Shown: in pieces, positions 37,984 through 41,444 of the stretch
Layout of the letters: each line of letters begins with the position of its first letter
Position numbering within the stretch: the stretch's first letter is position 1
IMG/VR virus record: IMGVR_UViG_2563366870_000005
DNA length: 41,444 nucleotides
Reading direction: 5' to 3' (one strand)
From: a virus
Lineage: Duplodnaviria; Heunggongvirae; Uroviricota; Caudoviricetes
Notes under the pieces: model-generated
The model's input: only the letters and a program-made list of their open reading frames with translations
What the model was told of the DNA's origin: nothing
Databases searched by the model: none
Position numbers and translations under genes: made by a program

Positions 37984-39378
37984 ATGCCTCAAAACTTTAT
38001 CCCTCGCCCCTACCAAGATCTCATTATCAACCACGAAATCGACATCATGCGCTGCAACATCTGGGCAGGTATGGGAATGGGTAAAACCGTAGCGACACTC
38101 ACCACGCTGGAAGATCTTTTCATGGCTGGAGCAGAAACACGACCCGCGCTGGTCCTCGCGCCGCTACGCGTTGCAGCAAGCACCTGGCCTGATGAAGTTG
38201 TTAAATGGGGGCATCTGCGTAATATTGAGGTACAGCCGATCATCGGTAACGCCAAAGCGCGCTCTACAGCGCTGGCGAACAGCAACGCGAGCGTGTTCAC
38301 AATCAACTACGATAACCTTGTCTGGCTGGTTGAAGAATTGGGAGAACGATGGCCGTTCGGTACTGTCATTCCAGATGAAAGCACCCGGCTAAAATCCTTC
38401 CGGCTGCGAGGTGGTGGTAAGCGCGCGGCGGCGCTGGGCAAAGTGGCGCACAAGTATGTCCGGCGCTGGATAAATCTCACCGGTACGCCAGCACCGAACG
38501 GCCTGGTAGATTTGTGGGGACAATCGTGGTTTGTGGACCAGGGGCAACGTCTCGGGCGCACTTACGGCGCGTTTACCTCACGCTGGTTCAATTCGATACA
38601 GTTTCCGGGGCAGAGCTGGACCAAACTGGAGCCTTTTGCTCACTCACAGGGTGAAATACAGCGAGCGTTAGCCGATGTGACCCTCTCGCTGGATGCGGCC
38701 GACTGGTTCGATATCAAAGACCCCATCCATAACGTAATCCGCGTGGATATGCCGCCGAAGGCCCGTCAGCAGTATCGTGAAATGGAAAAGGAAATGTTCC
38801 TCGAGCTGAATGGCGAAGGCATCGAAGCACCGAACGCCGCGGCCAAGACACTGAAGTGTCTGCAAATCGCCAGTGGCGCAGTATACACAAACGACACCGG
38901 AAGTTGGTCAGAACTGCATGACACCAAACTGCAGGCGCTGGACAGCATACTGACCGAAGCAGCTGGCGCACCTGTGCTGGTTGCTTATCACTGGAAACAC
39001 GATCTTGAACGCTTGCTTAAAGCATTCCCTCGCGGTCGTCACCTCGACCAAGATCCACAGACACTGCGCGACTGGAATTCCGGAAAGATTCCTGTTCTCT
39101 TTGCACACCCAGCCAGCGCGGGCCACGGTCTGAACATGCAGGACGGCGGAAACATACTGGTATTTTTCTCACACTGGTGGGACCTGGAGCAGTATCAGCA
39201 AATTATTGAACGTATCGGCCCCACCAGGCAGATACAGGCCGGACACAATCGTCCGGTATTTATTCACCACATTATTGCGGCCGACACTATGGACGAAATG
39301 GTGATGGAGCGGCGCAACTCAAAACGAACAGTGCAGGACATCCTGCTCGATGCCATGAAAAAGAGAGGTATAGCATGA
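37984..39378 (+). CDS. SF2 helicase (DEAD/DEAH-like, SNF2-related)
   Basis: Q-motif RPYQ, Walker A GMGKT, motif II DEST, C-terminal helicase region; 464 aa. Confidence 0.75.
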   Translation: MPQNFIPRPYQDLIINHEIDIMRCNIWAGMGMGKTVATLTTLEDLFMAGAETRPALVLAPLRVAASTWPDEVVKWGHLRNIEVQPIIGNAKARSTALANSNASVFTINYDNLVWLVEELGERWPFGTVIPDESTRLKSFRLRGGGKRAAALGKVAHKYVRRWINLTGTPAPNGLVDLWGQSWFVDQGQRLGRTYGAFTSRWFNSIQFPGQSWTKLEPFAHSQGEIQRALADVTLSLDAADWFDIKDPIHNVIRVDMPPKARQQYREMEKEMFLELNGEGIEAPNAAAKTLKCLQIASGAVYTNDTGSWSELHDTKLQALDSILTEAAGAPVLVAYHWKHDLERLLKAFPRGRHLDQDPQTLRDWNSGKIPVLFAHPASAGHGLNMQDGGNILVFFSHWWDLEQYQQIIERIGPTRQIQAGHNRPVFIHHIIAADTMDEMVMERRNSKRTVQDILLDAMKKRGIA

Positions 39379-39575
39379 GCGAGAAACCCGACGATTTACT
39401 CACCCCAGATGAAGTATGCCAAAAGTTAGGTATTACACAGAAAACGCTATGTGAGTGGAATATTAAGCATCGTCATCGGGCTATCCTGGCACCAATTCGT
39501 TTCAGTGCAAAAGTAGTTCGTTATGAGCGCCGAAATGTCGACGCTTTTATTCAAAAGTGTCGCAGCCAGTATTAA
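39375..39575 (+). CDS. AlpA/excisionase-family HTH protein (putative Xis)
   Basis: 66-aa ORF (LLTPDEVCQKLGITQKTLCEW) typical of AlpA/Xis-like regulators; adjacent to and convergent with the integrase; SD AGAGG. Confidence 0.7.
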   Translation: MSEKPDDLLTPDEVCQKLGITQKTLCEWNIKHRHRAILAPIRFSAKVVRYERRNVDAFIQKCRSQY

Positions 39576-40969
39576 CCTCGCCGCCGTAGCAATGCAACCT
39601 GCGCAAGTATGCTCCGCTCATGAGCCTCGAAAGCTTCGCGCTTTAACGCAATCTCTTCCTGTAAAATCTCATCAGAAAAGTCGTAATGTTCTGCCATCGG
39701 GTCATCTGACTTGCTGGAGTGGTGAAGGCAAAGGAGGCTGATTTCCCTTCGGTCTGATCGGGAATAGCCTCTTTCCTTCATCAAGGCAATAACATTGCTC
39801 TTAAGGAATTTACGGCACATCGTATTAAATGCACCGTCTTTCCCTTTAACAGTCCCATCATGTTTTATTCCTTTTACAGCCCCGTCCGGGCTGTATGTTT
39901 TCACCAGCTTATCCAGTGATCGTTTTGAAAATGGCTGCATTGGATCACGTGGCTGCAAAAATACATAATCCCTGTTGCACTCAGGAACTGAATCACGCCA
40001 GGCTTTCTGCTCGTCGATAATCCGCCGGATCTCAGGCGTTATCGGCAGGCGGAAAGCCTTTTGTGTTTTCATAGCCCCTCGCATACCGATAACCCCTTCC
40101 GGATAAACAATTTCACCAGCCTCCTCGTGAACGTAGTCCCAGCGCAGGTTATGGACATTAATCGGACGAACGCCAGTGATGATCATGAAGCGAACAGCAT
40201 TCTTCTGGTGTACAGAGGTGCAGGCAGCAACATTGAGCCAGAGTCGGGCGATTGATTCAATATCGGTAAAAAGCCGTGTGGGGGTAGGTTTCTGTACGCG
40301 GGAGGAAACATAATCATCTGGCAGACTGGCGGCAACATTGCGGCCGTTGCAAAGAGTAGGTGCGCAGAACTTCCAGAACCGACGGAGCTCGGCAAACAAC
40401 TCCAGGGCGTTATTGTTCGAGCGAGTGGCGATCCACTCGTCCAGCACTTCCACCAGCCGATTGTATGTTACGTCGCTGAACACCTCACGCTCGCCGAACG
40501 TTGCTTTAATCCGGTCGATACGCACCCCGTAGGTTGTGAAACTGTCCGGGCTCAGCTTCTGCCGGGCGACTTTGGCTTTGAGGTCATCCCGGTACATTTC
40601 CAGCGCTGCATGTACGGACTCTGCCCGCAAGCCACAGTCAGCCATACCTAGCGCTTTTTCGCGCGCCAGCTGGATAGCGAGCTCCGGCCACTCGCCGAGC
40701 TTTTTACCCTTGAGGCCCATCTTTTTTGGAAACTCGGCGTAAAATGTAACCTTACCGGCTTTGCTGAAATCGATACGGAGATAGTTCTCTTTTTCGTATT
40801 TGGAACGGCGAGCCACGCCGGAAGCAGCGAGGATGATTTTGGCGGCAGCAACACAGATTTTCATGTGTGCGCTGGTATAGGGGGGTTTACAGGCGTCCCA
40901 TTTTTCAGATGCGGCTAAAACATCGTCATTATTGGGGCTATCCGGATTATGTGTTACAGTGCGCGGCAT
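39572..40969 (-). CDS. int: Integrase (tyrosine recombinase family)
   Basis: Recombinase-like motifs (ITGVRPINV with Arg; LLCLHHSS ... AEHY with His and Tyr), but the usual HxxR His is not obvious; preferred start ATG 40967-40969 with SD AAGGA; track start 40975 is TTG; last prophage gene before the host gene. Confidence 0.6.
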   Translation of the reverse strand: MPRTVTHNPDSPNNDDVLAASEKWDACKPPYTSAHMKICVAAAKIILAASGVARRSKYEKENYLRIDFSKAGKVTFYAEFPKKMGLKGKKLGEWPELAIQLAREKALGMADCGLRAESVHAALEMYRDDLKAKVARQKLSPDSFTTYGVRIDRIKATFGEREVFSDVTYNRLVEVLDEWIATRSNNNALELFAELRRFWKFCAPTLCNGRNVAASLPDDYVSSRVQKPTPTRLFTDIESIARLWLNVAACTSVHQKNAVRFMIITGVRPINVHNLRWDYVHEEAGEIVYPEGVIGMRGAMKTQKAFRLPITPEIRRIIDEQKAWRDSVPECNRDYVFLQPRDPMQPFSKRSLDKLVKTYSPDGAVKGIKHDGTVKGKDGAFNTMCRKFLKSNVIALMKERGYSRSDRREISLLCLHHSSKSDDPMAEHYDFSDEILQEEIALKREAFEAHERSILAQVALLRRRG

Positions 40970-41174
40970 TCTCAATCCTTATCTGCGTAGGCGCAGAAAA
41001 CAAGCTCACACATACAAGTCTTTTCTACGGGACAAAATGCAATGTGTTGCGGTTTTGTGTTGCTGGACTGAGTTTATCAAGGTTAAATATACTGGATCAA
41101 CATACAGTAAGTTAATGACAGTAAAGCATACAAACTCGATACAACTTACTGATTTTAAAATGATTTAACGGTAA

Positions 41175-41444
<270 letters not shown>

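Overview
The window is almost entirely one integrated tailed prophage, ending at a host ferredoxin gene (yfhL-like) on the right and a Hin/Gin/Pin-type invertase at position 1 on the left. Minus-strand late genes run from a cro-like regulator through a P4-alpha-like primase, an iteron origin, antiterminator Q, a lambda-type lysis cassette, terminase, portal, head genes and a contractile-tail/baseplate module to a tail fibre whose C-terminus lies in a ~1.9 kb invertible segment. The plus-strand arm runs from a CI-like S24 repressor through a Cas4-like exonuclease, SSB-like protein, family-A DNA polymerase, VRR-NUC nuclease, C5-cytosine methyltransferase, helicase and AlpA/Xis, to a convergent integrase. 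The most interesting feature is an AT-rich single-gene insertion (31501-33003) between the SSB-like and polymerase genes: a 500-aa protein with a ThsA-like SIR2 NADase N-terminal domain and an unrecognised C-terminal domain, with no TIR partner, which I propose as a candidate single-protein anti-phage defence system. Other notable points are the hix/gix-like crossover sites with an apparently decayed segment interior, a programmed -1 frameshift in the tail chaperone, a two-gene moron with its own promoter and terminator inside the baseplate operon, and a convergent HTH gene among the replication genes. All calls rest on reading the sequence and recalled family motifs; no database searches or computed statistics were run.
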